DNA from: Candidatus Omnitrophota bacterium
GTDB lineage: Bacteria > Omnitrophota > Gorgyraeia > Gygaellales > Profunditerraquicolaceae
Length of the DNA stretch: 64,000 nt
Assembly (NCBI GenBank): GCA_043800555.1
Contig: JAZDMX010000003.1
Coordinates: 240,033-304,032 of the forward strand
Reading direction: 5' to 3'
Shown here: in pieces, positions 39,087 to 48,370 of the stretch
Layout: the number at the start of each line of letters is the position of its first letter
How positions within the stretch are numbered: the stretch's first letter is position 1
The notes under the pieces: model-generated
What the model saw: only the letters and a program-made list of their open reading frames with translations
What the model was told of the DNA's origin: nothing
The model's database searches: none
Position numbers and translations under genes: made by a program

Positions 39087-40883
39087 ATGGACAAATCTCT
39101 TATCCGCAATTTTAGTATTATTGCCCACATAGACCATGGGAAGTCAACTCTCGCCGACCGTATCCTGGAAATAACCGGCGCGGTCGATAAAAGGCATAAG
39201 GGCACCCAGCTTCTTGACGATATGGAACTGGAGCGTGAGCGCGGGATCACGATTAAGGCATCCATGGTGAGGTTGTCGTATGCTTCTTCTGACGGAAAAG
39301 AGTATGTGTTGAATTTAATCGATACCCCGGGCCACGTAGATTTTACCTATGAAGTATCCAAGTCTCTGGCTGCCTGTGAAGGCGCGGTCCTGGTAATTGA
39401 CGCCGGCCAGGGGATTGAGGCCCAAACAGTAGCCAACTATTATATTGCCCTGGAGAATAACCTTGAAATTATACCTGTTTTGAATAAAATTGATTTGGTT
39501 TCTATCGATATCCCCAAGGTAAAGAGGCAGATCGTCAGCGTCCTGGGTTTTAAGGAGGAGGATATAATCCCGGTTTCGGCAAAGGTTGGCACCGGCGTTA
39601 AGGATGTCTTAGAAAGGATAATCCGGTTGATACCGGCTCCCAGCGGGCAAGACAGCCATCCCTTGAAAGCCCTTGTGTTTGACTGCCGCTTTGACCCTTA
39701 TAAGGGCGTGGTGGTTTTTGTCAGGATTGTCGACGGCTGCATTACTGGCTCCACCCAGTTGAAGATGATGCATTCCGGCGAAGTTTACAAGATAGAAGAA
39801 TTAGGCGTATTCAAAAACCTGAAATATTCGGCGGTTGATTCTTTGACCTGCGGGGAAGTCGGCTATTTTACCGCTAACATACGCCAGCCGAGGCAGATAA
39901 TTATCGGAGATACGATAACCGACGTCAAGAACCCCTGCGTAAAGAGCCTGCCCGGTTACCGCTCGCCAAAACCTCTCGTATTTTGCGGCATATACCCGGT
40001 GAATCCGGGGGATTTTCCGGATTTACGCGATGCCATGGATAAATTAAAATTATCGGATGCGTCGTTTGTTTTTGAGCCGGAGAATTCGCAATCTTTCGGA
40101 TCGGGCTTTCGCTGCGGATTCTTAGGGTTATTGCACATGGAGATAGTCCAGGAACGGCTGGAAAGGGAATACGGCTTGAATTTAATACTTACGGTGCCCA
40201 ATGTAGTTTATAGGGTAATCCTGGCAAACGGAGAGATATTGGAAGTAGATACGCCGGCAAAATTACCCCCCCAGCAGGATATCCGGGAGGCGCAGGAGCC
40301 TTATGCCGGATTATTGATGATAATCCCCGTGGATTCGATAGAAGCGGTTTGCGATTTTACCAAATCCCGGCGGGGAGTTTTCCAGTCTAATGAATATTTG
40401 AGCGAAGACAGGGTAAAGCTTGTTTTTAACATACCGCTTTCGGAGATTATAGTAGATTTTTACGACCGGATAAAATCGCTGACTAAAGGTTACGGCTCAT
40501 TGGATTACGAATTCAAGGATTACCTTGTAACCAAGCTCGTAAAATTAGATATCCTTTTGAACGGTAATGCCTGCGACGCCTTTTCATCCCTGATGTCTAA
40601 GGATAAGGCGTATTCCCGGGCGCACGCCCTTGTTGCAAAACTTAAAGAACTGATCCCGCGCCAACTCTTTGAAGTTTCGATTCAGGCCGCTATAGGCAGC
40701 CAGATTTTGGCGTCGGAAAAAGTGCGTTCGGTCGGTAAACACGTTACCGCTAAATGTTACGGCGGAGATATTACGCGAAAGCGCAAGCTTTGGGAAGAAC
40801 AGAAAAAAGGCAAGAAGCGCCTTAAGCAATTCGGAAGAGTTGAAATTCCGCAGGAAGCATTCTTGGAGGTGTTGAGGATATGA
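39087..40883 (+). CDS. lepA: elongation factor 4 (LepA)
   Basis: 598 aa; NFSIIAHIDHGKSTLADR G-domain; the LepA-specific C-terminus. Confidence 0.95.
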   Translation: MDKSLIRNFSIIAHIDHGKSTLADRILEITGAVDKRHKGTQLLDDMELERERGITIKASMVRLSYASSDGKEYVLNLIDTPGHVDFTYEVSKSLAACEGAVLVIDAGQGIEAQTVANYYIALENNLEIIPVLNKIDLVSIDIPKVKRQIVSVLGFKEEDIIPVSAKVGTGVKDVLERIIRLIPAPSGQDSHPLKALVFDCRFDPYKGVVVFVRIVDGCITGSTQLKMMHSGEVYKIEELGVFKNLKYSAVDSLTCGEVGYFTANIRQPRQIIIGDTITDVKNPCVKSLPGYRSPKPLVFCGIYPVNPGDFPDLRDAMDKLKLSDASFVFEPENSQSFGSGFRCGFLGLLHMEIVQERLEREYGLNLILTVPNVVYRVILANGEILEVDTPAKLPPQQDIREAQEPYAGLLMIIPVDSIEAVCDFTKSRRGVFQSNEYLSEDRVKLVFNIPLSEIIVDFYDRIKSLTKGYGSLDYEFKDYLVTKLVKLDILLNGNACDAFSSLMSKDKAYSRAHALVAKLKELIPRQLFEVSIQAAIGSQILASEKVRSVGKHVTAKCYGGDITRKRKLWEEQKKGKKRLKQFGRVEIPQEAFLEVLRI

Positions 40884-41458
40884 CGACTAAGAAGAAATCA
40901 GTATTAAGGGAGTGGTTGGAAGCGGCTATTTTTGCGGCGTTTTTGGCATTTTGCGTTATCCGTCCGTTTATTGTCCAGGCGTTTAAAATACCGACCGGTT
41001 CTATGCACCCGACTCTTTTAGAGGGCGATTTAATTTTAGTTAATAAATTCATTTACGGGGCGAAAGTCCCGTTTACCAAATACCGGCTTCCGGCGGTAAG
41101 AGAAATACGAAGGGGGGACGTGGTAGTATTCATTTACCCGCAGGACGATAAGAAGGATTTCATCAAGAGGATGGTTGGCTTGCCGGGAGATGCCATTGAG
41201 ATTAAAAGCGGGACGGTTTATGTTAACGATAAGCCCTTGGCTGAACCGGTTTTTAACCAGCGGTATTATTACAATAGGGGAGATTTCGGGCAAGAGGGCC
41301 AGAGGATAGTCGTGCCCGCGGATAGTTATTTTGTTTTGGGCGATAACTCGGGTTCATCCAAAGACAGCCGTTACTGGGGATTTGTGCCTAAAGACAATAT
41401 TTTAGGCCAGGCTATGGTTATATACTGGCCTCCCCAACGGATAAGGGTGTTAAAATGA
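40880..41458 (+). CDS. lepB: signal peptidase I
   Basis: 192 aa; catalytic IPTGSMHPTL (Ser) and KR box region; GDNSGSSKDSRYWG. Confidence 0.85.
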   Translation: MTTKKKSVLREWLEAAIFAAFLAFCVIRPFIVQAFKIPTGSMHPTLLEGDLILVNKFIYGAKVPFTKYRLPAVREIRRGDVVVFIYPQDDKKDFIKRMVGLPGDAIEIKSGTVYVNDKPLAEPVFNQRYYYNRGDFGQEGQRIVVPADSYFVLGDNSGSSKDSRYWGFVPKDNILGQAMVIYWPPQRIRVLK

Positions 41459-41471
41459 GAGAAGGCGCTAA

Positions 41472-42035
41472 ATGAACATCGCCAATAAGATTTCCACCTT
41501 CAGGATTTTAAGCGTGCCGTTTTTTATCGCCTCCTTGGCGTATTACTGCCCTCAAAGAAACTACCTAAGGTTTATAGCGTTAGGTATTTTTATGCTGGCA
41601 GCGCTTTCGGATGCGGCTGACGGTTATATGGCCAGAAAATCAAAACAGCAGTCAAAAGCCGGGCTTATACTGGATCCTTTGGGGGATAAATTGCTGCTTA
41701 TGAGCGCTTTTATCTGCCTCTATGCCAACACGTATCTGTCTCCCAGGTTCCCGCTTTGGGTGATCCTTATCGTAATCAGCCGCGATGTAATTATAATCCT
41801 GGGGGCGATTGTCGTTTATATCGTAAAGCAGAATATCAATATCATACCTACTTACTGGGGAAAAATATCCACTATCGCTCAAGTGCTGGCGGTCGTCTCC
41901 GTTTTGCTGCAGCTAAAATATTCTCCCTTTTTCTGGTGGTTGGCAGTGGCCTTTACGGTGATATCCGGGGCTCTTTACGTAAACAGGGGGTTTATCCTAC
42001 TCTATGGCTTGGACGGTTCTCGGAATAATCATTAG
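41472..42035 (+). CDS. pgsA: CDP-alcohol phosphatidyltransferase (PgsA-like)
   Basis: 187 aa; DAADGYMARK...LDPLGDK (CDP-OH_P_transf motif). Confidence 0.75.
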   Translation: MNIANKISTFRILSVPFFIASLAYYCPQRNYLRFIALGIFMLAALSDAADGYMARKSKQQSKAGLILDPLGDKLLLMSAFICLYANTYLSPRFPLWVILIVISRDVIIILGAIVVYIVKQNINIIPTYWGKISTIAQVLAVVSVLLQLKYSPFFWWLAVAFTVISGALYVNRGFILLYGLDGSRNNH

Positions 42036-42633
42036 TTATATTTTTGGCTCGATTCCCACTGCTTATATTTTCGGAAGGGTTATAAAGGGAGTTGATATCC
42101 GTAAATTCGGCTCCGGCAATGTGGGCGCCACCAACGCCTTCAGGCTTTTAGGCAAAGGCTGGGCAGTAGTCGTATTGGCCTTAGATATATTAAAAGGGTT
42201 CTTGCCGGTAGTAATCATACCGGCCTCTATAGGCATAAGAGCCGGTGTTTCGCTGGAAACATTTTGCATGCTTGCCGGCATAAGCTGTATCTGCGGGCAT
42301 AACTGGAGCATTTTCCTGGGTTTTAAGGGAGGCAAAGGGGTGGCTACGACTTTAGGGGTTTTACTGGGGCTTTCAATTAAGATAGCCGGTTTGAAGGCCA
42401 TCTTGGGCGTAGCTATTCTGATCTGGCTGGCCGTATTTATTATCAGCAGGATTATTTCCCTGGCTTCTGTTTTGGCGGCCTTGAGCTTTCCCGTATTAAC
42501 GGTTTTATTCAAACAATCCATCAGTTTAACCTCGATAGTTACGCTTTTAGCCGTATTTATCATATACCGCCATAGGTCCAACATCAAGAGGATACTTAAT
42601 GGCAAAGAACCCCGCTTAAGCTTCAAGAAATAA
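42004..42633 (+). CDS. plsY: glycerol-3-phosphate acyltransferase PlsY
   Basis: 209 aa; GSIPTAYIFGR...GSGNVGATNAFR. Confidence 0.85.
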   Translation: MAWTVLGIIISYIFGSIPTAYIFGRVIKGVDIRKFGSGNVGATNAFRLLGKGWAVVVLALDILKGFLPVVIIPASIGIRAGVSLETFCMLAGISCICGHNWSIFLGFKGGKGVATTLGVLLGLSIKIAGLKAILGVAILIWLAVFIISRIISLASVLAALSFPVLTVLFKQSISLTSIVTLLAVFIIYRHRSNIKRILNGKEPRLSFKK

Positions 42634-43167
42634 CCCAGCCTTGCCATAAAATCATTCCATCTGCCAATCCGATGACCAGTCAAGCCGGAAACCGCTTTCT
42701 TTTTTAGCCGTAATTGCATTGAAAGCGGACCGGGAAGTGTTTATACTTTTCTTAAAGGGCGTGTTTATTCTTTAGGCCGCTAATCTCACTGTGCGGGAGC
42801 TATGGGGCCGGAGCGTAATCCGGTAAAAGAATGCGGGATTTATTGTTTAAAAACTTGATTTCTACCGACCGCAGGCGAAAAATAATCGCCAGTTCCGAAG
42901 TTGCGGAAAAACAGGGTATGCGCAGCACTATACGCCGGCATTTCATTTGCCTGGTTAAAGAAGCCGGAGATGGGCACAATATCCAGAAACCGCTTCCGCA
43001 TATTCGCATTATTAAGGAGCACAACACCCAGGAGCGCAGGGAAAAGTTTTTTTGTAAGATTAAGGGCAGCCTTTGCGCCGTAAGTAACGGTAAATTATTC
43101 TTGCTTATATTTATGCATACCCTTAAAATCGACCTTGTAGCAACCCGCCAGGAAGCAATCTAATTGT

Positions 43168-46100
43168 TTATTCCAGGTATATGTCGATTTTTTCGAATTG
43201 ACGCGCCCTTACTTTTTCGGCGTAAGGAGAGTTAATAACGGGGGAGTTTATTTCCACGGGGCCTTCTTGGCCTCCAAGGATAATCTGCGTAATTTTCGCC
43301 GGGCCTTTTCCTTGGGCCCGGCATTGCTTGCCGGCGGAGTTTGGCCCAGGGGAGGATTCAAAGGTATCTTTGCGCCTCGGGTTGTGGTAGGTTACCTTGA
43401 TCTTGCTTAAGAAATTAAAAGTATAGTCGCCTTTTTTATCGAATAGCCAACCGGCAAGTTTTGGCTCAAACTTTAGCGCAAGTTTTCCGTCTTTGATAAA
43501 AAAGGGATTCATCCCGGCGTTAATCTTTAGCCAAATCTCCAGGAACTCGGCGGTTGAGCCTGAAAGCCGCGCGACAAAGCCGTTTCCATGGAGCTTCTTG
43601 TCCGGGAACGCGCTGCTTACCAAAAATGAAGAATTCTCCAGTATGCTTCTTCCGTAACGTTGAGGCTCCTGGAAGGGGATAAGGCAATTCTTGAAATCCT
43701 CGTAAAATTCCTTATACAAGCCGGCTTTTAAAAGCTCAAGAATGTATTTATACTCCATATGGATCCATATTGATTCGTTCTCCAGCCATCCGGGAGTAAA
43801 AACGCGGCATCTGCCGATTTCTTCCGGCATGCCTGCTAACGCCGCCGTTACTTTATACATTTTAAGTTTTTTATCAAAAAGTTCGCATTTCCTTGTCCCT
43901 TCATGTATCTTCCGGGCATGGCTTTGGCTATCCGCCAGCCGGAGCGCGTGCACTTGGGCTTCTAGAAATAGCGGGAGGCCGGACTGTTTAAACTCGGTAG
44001 GTTTTATAAAATGATTGTCCGCGCTCTCGTATCGGGTAACTTCATTTATAAAATAACCGCAATAAACATTTTCTCTTGTGTCTTTAGCTTTTAGGATGCC
44101 CAGGTCTATCTTTTTAAGCGCGGTATCGATAATGCCGGTTATTTCAGGCGCCGGGACATCCAATTCAATCCCGCCGACCCCCATTTTTGTCAAGGAGCGG
44201 TAGTCTTCTTTGAGGGAATGGGATTCGTCCCACCAGGCGTAGTCATCGGCCTTATTGTCAAAATAATCAAGGGTTAAGCGGTTAAGCTCCGTAAGCAGTT
44301 TAAGTATTTCTTCGGTAACCGCCAGTTTTTCTATGCCCGTTTGATTTATAGCATCTTTAATGAAAAGCGCCAGGCGTTTCAACTCGAATGTTTCGCATAA
44401 AGACGAACCGAACAAAGCGGGAAGGCCGTTCAGAGAGTCAAACCAGTTGGGCTTATCGGCTTCCATTTCTACGCCGATTCCAAACGGGTCAAGCGAGGCG
44501 AATTTGTTGCCGAAAAGGCACAGAAGTTTATTAATTAAGGAGGTCTGATATATTTGGGTTTGGCCCGGCATGATCCTCACCAGGTGCGCCGGGGCCTTGC
44601 GTTTGTGCAGCATTTCTTTTTTGGCGTTATCGCAGGCGACTGAATGTAATTGCCGGGGTTTGCCGTTATACAGCAGGTATTTTTCGTTTCTTGCCTTGAC
44701 AACTTCGGAATTATCAAAGAAGGTAAAAATCCTGTCGCAGAAAACAATTTGTTTTAGTTTTTCAGGATAAACTTCCAGGTAGCTTGAAAGCAGGTCAAGG
44801 TTGTAATGCCAATGGTCGGTCCAAAACCCCTCACCGTGCTCTGCTTCGCTTATTTTAAAAGAGCCGGCGATGATTAAATCCAGTAATTCATCGTAAGGTA
44901 TGCGTAACTTTATCTGGTTATCCTCTATAAAGTGGATTACTTCGCCGGGAGAGAAGGGCTTGCTTAAGAATGAGATTATTCTTTCTTTATTCTTCTTAAG
45001 GCAAATTCCCTCTAGTTTTGCCTTAAGGGTTTCTTTGTCTTTGATTGCGAAGCTGGAGCCTTTTACTATCAGGGGGTTAAATCCGTCTAGCTGGATCAAA
45101 TTAATAAGCGAGGCCAGGTTTTCTTCTTTGATTTCAGGGTTGAACCAGATATCGTTCCTGCGGTTTTGGTTTAAGTCGCGGTAATTGCCGTTTCCCTGGG
45201 AAAAGTAGGTAGGCGCAAGCTGAAACCTGTTATAGTCTCTTTCGGGATCGCCGTGTTTACGGGAATAAAGGTGGAAGGTAGTCTTGCCGGAGCCGGATTC
45301 TTGGGCATCCAGCGAGGCGCTATCCGGGGCTTTAGATTGCCGGCCGGAGAAGATAAAAGGATAGCCGCCGCGCATCAGGTTATCCAGGTAAGTCTGCCGG
45401 CAATACAGATCAAACTTTTTACTTCCGGAAGCGGTATGAATATCATCGGCTAGCTTGCGTATCAGCCGGGTATTTTCCTCATTTTTGCCCTTAAGATAGC
45501 CGGAGGAAATGATTTTAGGGATAGATTCGTTCAGTGTTTCAAGGTTGCGCATATAACCGATAACCGAGTAAAAAGTTTTTTCCTCTTTTTTCTTCAGCTT
45601 AAGGCTGGCAAAAGAGAATGCGCAAGGGGTCTTGCTGTTTACTTCCGCGCTGATTTTCAGGCGCTTGTTTTTAATAAAGTTGACCGGGCAGGAAAAATCG
45701 ACGATTTCCCCGAAAACATTCTCAGGGTCAACTATCGGGGGGGCCAATTTTGCTTTTTCCCCCTCCAGGGAAAAGCCAAGGTAGAAATTTCCTTCATTGA
45801 TATGGATGACTTCCGGGCGGTCAACCGGGTCAACCTTAAGCCGGTAGAAGGGGGCTTTGTTTTTGATGTTTTCAACGCCTATCCAGGCTTCGATTGTCCG
45901 GGACATTTTCTTAAGGAAGAAATTATTCGTTCCAAACGAGGCTATTTGAGGCAGCCCGTCAATCAATTCAATGGATTTATCTTTGCTGCCGGTATTTTCA
46001 ATCCTTAAGATCCTGGCCAGCCCCGCGTAATTATCGCAAGGGATGTTGAAGTATCCAACTTTTACCCTGAGGCCTAAGGAAAGGTTTGTTTCTTCAAGGG

Positions 46101-46512
46101 CCAGCCCCGCGGGATTAATCAGCATTTTATTGGTTAAATTATAGCCGAGATTGCTGAAGCCGTTATGAAAAGGCTCATAAAAAACGGTTTTATTCCGGGA
46201 TGTTATCTTGATAAAAGTGCGGAATCCCTGGGTGCTTACAAGCTGCCAGGCCTTATTTGCCGGGAGGAATTCCAATATGGGATGGTCTTTATCTTTAACC
46301 CCGAAACTTGAAATGGCCTGGCCCCGGTTGACATAAAAAGTCCACATCGGGATTCCATATCTACCGGCTATCCCGGGGAAGAAATTGGAGAAGGGCTTGG
46401 AGTAGTTATAGTTTTCTATAACAAACTCTCCGGTTTCATTCAAATAATATTTGGGTACCTTATTTTGCGCCTTCATAACAGGGTATTCTACCTGATTTAA
46501 GCCTTTTGTCAA
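43168..46512 (-). CDS. large (1114 aa) glycoside hydrolase/phosphorylase candidate of the (alpha/alpha)6-barrel, GH94-like clan; the size is compatible with GH161/GH149-type beta-1,3-glucan phosphorylases
   Basis: Uninterrupted 1114-aa ORF. GNYRDLNQN resembles the GH94 G(F)RDSNQD catalytic region, and W..HWHYNLDLL resembles the downstream WNDCLN region. The family assignment is tentative. Confidence 0.55.
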   Translation of the reverse strand: MTKGLNQVEYPVMKAQNKVPKYYLNETGEFVIENYNYSKPFSNFFPGIAGRYGIPMWTFYVNRGQAISSFGVKDKDHPILEFLPANKAWQLVSTQGFRTFIKITSRNKTVFYEPFHNGFSNLGYNLTNKMLINPAGLALEETNLSLGLRVKVGYFNIPCDNYAGLARILRIENTGSKDKSIELIDGLPQIASFGTNNFFLKKMSRTIEAWIGVENIKNKAPFYRLKVDPVDRPEVIHINEGNFYLGFSLEGEKAKLAPPIVDPENVFGEIVDFSCPVNFIKNKRLKISAEVNSKTPCAFSFASLKLKKKEEKTFYSVIGYMRNLETLNESIPKIISSGYLKGKNEENTRLIRKLADDIHTASGSKKFDLYCRQTYLDNLMRGGYPFIFSGRQSKAPDSASLDAQESGSGKTTFHLYSRKHGDPERDYNRFQLAPTYFSQGNGNYRDLNQNRRNDIWFNPEIKEENLASLINLIQLDGFNPLIVKGSSFAIKDKETLKAKLEGICLKKNKERIISFLSKPFSPGEVIHFIEDNQIKLRIPYDELLDLIIAGSFKISEAEHGEGFWTDHWHYNLDLLSSYLEVYPEKLKQIVFCDRIFTFFDNSEVVKARNEKYLLYNGKPRQLHSVACDNAKKEMLHKRKAPAHLVRIMPGQTQIYQTSLINKLLCLFGNKFASLDPFGIGVEMEADKPNWFDSLNGLPALFGSSLCETFELKRLALFIKDAINQTGIEKLAVTEEILKLLTELNRLTLDYFDNKADDYAWWDESHSLKEDYRSLTKMGVGGIELDVPAPEITGIIDTALKKIDLGILKAKDTRENVYCGYFINEVTRYESADNHFIKPTEFKQSGLPLFLEAQVHALRLADSQSHARKIHEGTRKCELFDKKLKMYKVTAALAGMPEEIGRCRVFTPGWLENESIWIHMEYKYILELLKAGLYKEFYEDFKNCLIPFQEPQRYGRSILENSSFLVSSAFPDKKLHGNGFVARLSGSTAEFLEIWLKINAGMNPFFIKDGKLALKFEPKLAGWLFDKKGDYTFNFLSKIKVTYHNPRRKDTFESSPGPNSAGKQCRAQGKGPAKITQIILGGQEGPVEINSPVINSPYAEKVRARQFEKIDIYLE

Positions 46513-46515
46513 AGG

Positions 46516-46581
46516 AAAAAGGGGGACGTTTCTACTTTTCCCGCGGCTAAAGCTAGAAAAGTAGAAACGTCCCCATTTTTT
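46516..46581. repeat. palindromic intergenic repeat, copy C (simplest form: A5-stem-loop-stem-T6)
   Basis: AAAAAGGGGGACGTTTCTACTTTTCC, loop CGCGGCTAAAGCTA, GAAAAGTAGAAACGTCCCCATTTTTT. Confidence 0.85.
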
Positions 46582-46601
46582 CGTCTTTTATATGAATGTG
46601 T

Positions 46602-46633
46602 TTGACTTTTGGGCCGGGGAATGTTACTATATT
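46602..46633 (+). promoter_or_regulatory. promoter candidate for gatCAB (TTGACT ... TACTAT/TATATT)
   Basis: TTGACT 46602-46607; TACTAT 46625-46630 (17-nt spacer). Confidence 0.35.
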
Positions 46634-46656
46634 TGCCTATAACTATAAGGAGCGCT

Positions 46657-46944
46657 ATGAGTATCGACAAAAAAACAGTGGAAGCTGCGGCGCATCTGGC
46701 GCGCCTTGAGCTGGATGCGCAAGAGTCGGATAAATTATCCGGGCAATTAGAGCATATTTTAGCCTTTATTGATAAATTAAGCTCTATAAATACCGATAAT
46801 ATTGCGCCTACGAGCCATATCCTTGCGTTAAACAATGTATTAAGAAAAGATGAGCCTCGGGCCTGCCTGCCGGTGGAAAAGGCGCTAAAGAATGCCCCCG
46901 GAAAAGAGGGCAGCTTTTTTGTGGTCCCCCGGATAATTGAATAA
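46657..46944 (+). CDS. gatC: Asp-tRNA(Asn)/Glu-tRNA(Gln) amidotransferase subunit C
   Basis: 95 aa from ATG 46657 after RBS AAGGAG (MSIDKKTVEAAAHLARLEL); the six-frame ORF start at 46609 is upstream of the RBS. Confidence 0.85.
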   Translation: MSIDKKTVEAAAHLARLELDAQESDKLSGQLEHILAFIDKLSSINTDNIAPTSHILALNNVLRKDEPRACLPVEKALKNAPGKEGSFFVVPRIIE

Positions 46945-46945
46945 A

Positions 46946-48370
46946 ATGGAACTTTATAAATTAACCGCTCACGAACTTATTGAAAAATTAAAGAATAAGG
47001 AAATAACTTCCGGACAGGTCTTTTCAGATTTAAAGAAGCGGATAGAAGAAGTAGACCCCAAAGTTAAGGCTTATGTCAGGATGGCCCCGGCTGCCCTTGA
47101 GGCCCAAGGCCCGGGGAGCTTTAACGGCGTCCCTGTCTCCGTAAAAGACAACATCTGCACCGAAGGTTATAACACTGAATGCTGCTCAAAGATCCTGGAT
47201 GGTTTTAACCCTCCATATAGCGCTACTGTAATTAACAAAATAATCGCATCCGGCAATAGTTTCCTGGGGTTAAAATGCAATATGGATGAGTTTGCTTTTG
47301 GTTCATCCACGGAAAATTCCTGTTATGGCCCGACGCATAATCCCTGGGGTTTGGAATATGTCCCGGGAGGCTCTTCCGGCGGCTCTGCGGCGGCAGTGGC
47401 CGCAGATGAGGCCATTTGGGCCCTGGGTTCAGATACAGGCGGTTCAATCAGGCAGCCGGCGTCTTTTTGCGGAGTGGTCGGGTTGAAACCGACTTATGGC
47501 AGGGTTTCGCGTTTCGGTTTGGTTGCTTTCGCTTCCAGCCTGGATCAAATTGGCCCGTTGGCCAAGGATGCCCGGGATGCAGCGCTCCTGATGAATATAA
47601 TTTCAGGCTACGACCCGCATGACCCGACATCTGTCAATATCCCGGCCCCGGATTACACAAAAGGATTAACAGGCGATATTAAGGGGGTTAAAATTGGGGT
47701 CCCGAAGGAATATTTCGTGGAAGGATTGGACCCTGAAGTGAAATCGATAATCGAGGAGGCCGTAAATAAATTAAAAACTTTAGGCGCGCAATTTAAAGAA
47801 GTGTCGCTTCCTCACACCGAATACGCGGTCCCGGTTTATTATATCCTGGCTACGGCTGAAGCCAGCTCAAACCTCGCCCGTTTTGACGGCGTGCAGTATG
47901 GCCTAAGGGCCGAATCCCGGAATGTAATCGATATGTATAAAAAGACGCGCCGGTTTGGGTTTGGCGATGAGGCAAAGCGCAGGATAATCCTGGGGACTTT
48001 TGCCCTTTCGCACGGTTATTACGACGCTTATTATTTACGGGCGCTTAAGGTGCGCACGCTTATTAAACAGGATTTTGATGATGTATTTAAGGGTTTTGAT
48101 TGCATCCTTACCCCTACCGCCCCAACTACCGCATTTAGAATCGGGGAGAAGGCGCTTGAGCCGCTTAAAATGTACCTTTCGGATATTTATACCATATCGG
48201 CTAATTTGGCAGGGGTCCCGGCGATATCCGTCCCTTGCGGCTTTACTAAAAAAGGCTTTCCGGTGGGCTTGCAAATTTTAGGTAAACATTTTGATGAAGG
48301 GACGCTTTTGCGCTTAGCCCATGCTTACGAGCAGAATACCGGATGGCGCAAAATAAAACCAAAATTATGA
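46946..48370 (+). CDS. gatA: Asp-tRNA(Asn)/Glu-tRNA(Gln) amidotransferase subunit A
   Basis: Amidase signature GGSSGGSAAAVA; ATG 46946 (MELYKLTAHEL); an in-frame TTG at 46937 is an alternative start. Confidence 0.93.
   Translation: MELYKLTAHELIEKLKNKEITSGQVFSDLKKRIEEVDPKVKAYVRMAPAALEAQGPGSFNGVPVSVKDNICTEGYNTECCSKILDGFNPPYSATVINKIIASGNSFLGLKCNMDEFAFGSSTENSCYGPTHNPWGLEYVPGGSSGGSAAAVAADEAIWALGSDTGGSIRQPASFCGVVGLKPTYGRVSRFGLVAFASSLDQIGPLAKDARDAALLMNIISGYDPHDPTSVNIPAPDYTKGLTGDIKGVKIGVPKEYFVEGLDPEVKSIIEEAVNKLKTLGAQFKEVSLPHTEYAVPVYYILATAEASSNLARFDGVQYGLRAESRNVIDMYKKTRRFGFGDEAKRRIILGTFALSHGYYDAYYLRALKVRTLIKQDFDDVFKGFDCILTPTAPTTAFRIGEKALEPLKMYLSDIYTISANLAGVPAISVPCGFTKKGFPVGLQILGKHFDEGTLLRLAHAYEQNTGWRKIKPKL

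Noticed and set aside
42831-43163. 110-aa basic ORF between plsY and the GH94-like gene
   Set aside because: No recognisable domain or RBS. It overlaps minus-strand ORFs of similar length. It is kept as an open question in the findings, not called as a CDS.
48343-48369. Upstream in-frame start codons for gatB (48343), gatA (46937), RACo (56579), cooC (58574), the EF-hand protein (61849), DUF1015 (10582) and gatC (46609) taken from the ORF track
   Set aside because: Downstream starts give canonical N-termini by alignment to family members and/or sit after recognisable RBSs with ATGA/TAATG overlaps. The longer ORFs are probably read-through of upstream non-coding sequence.
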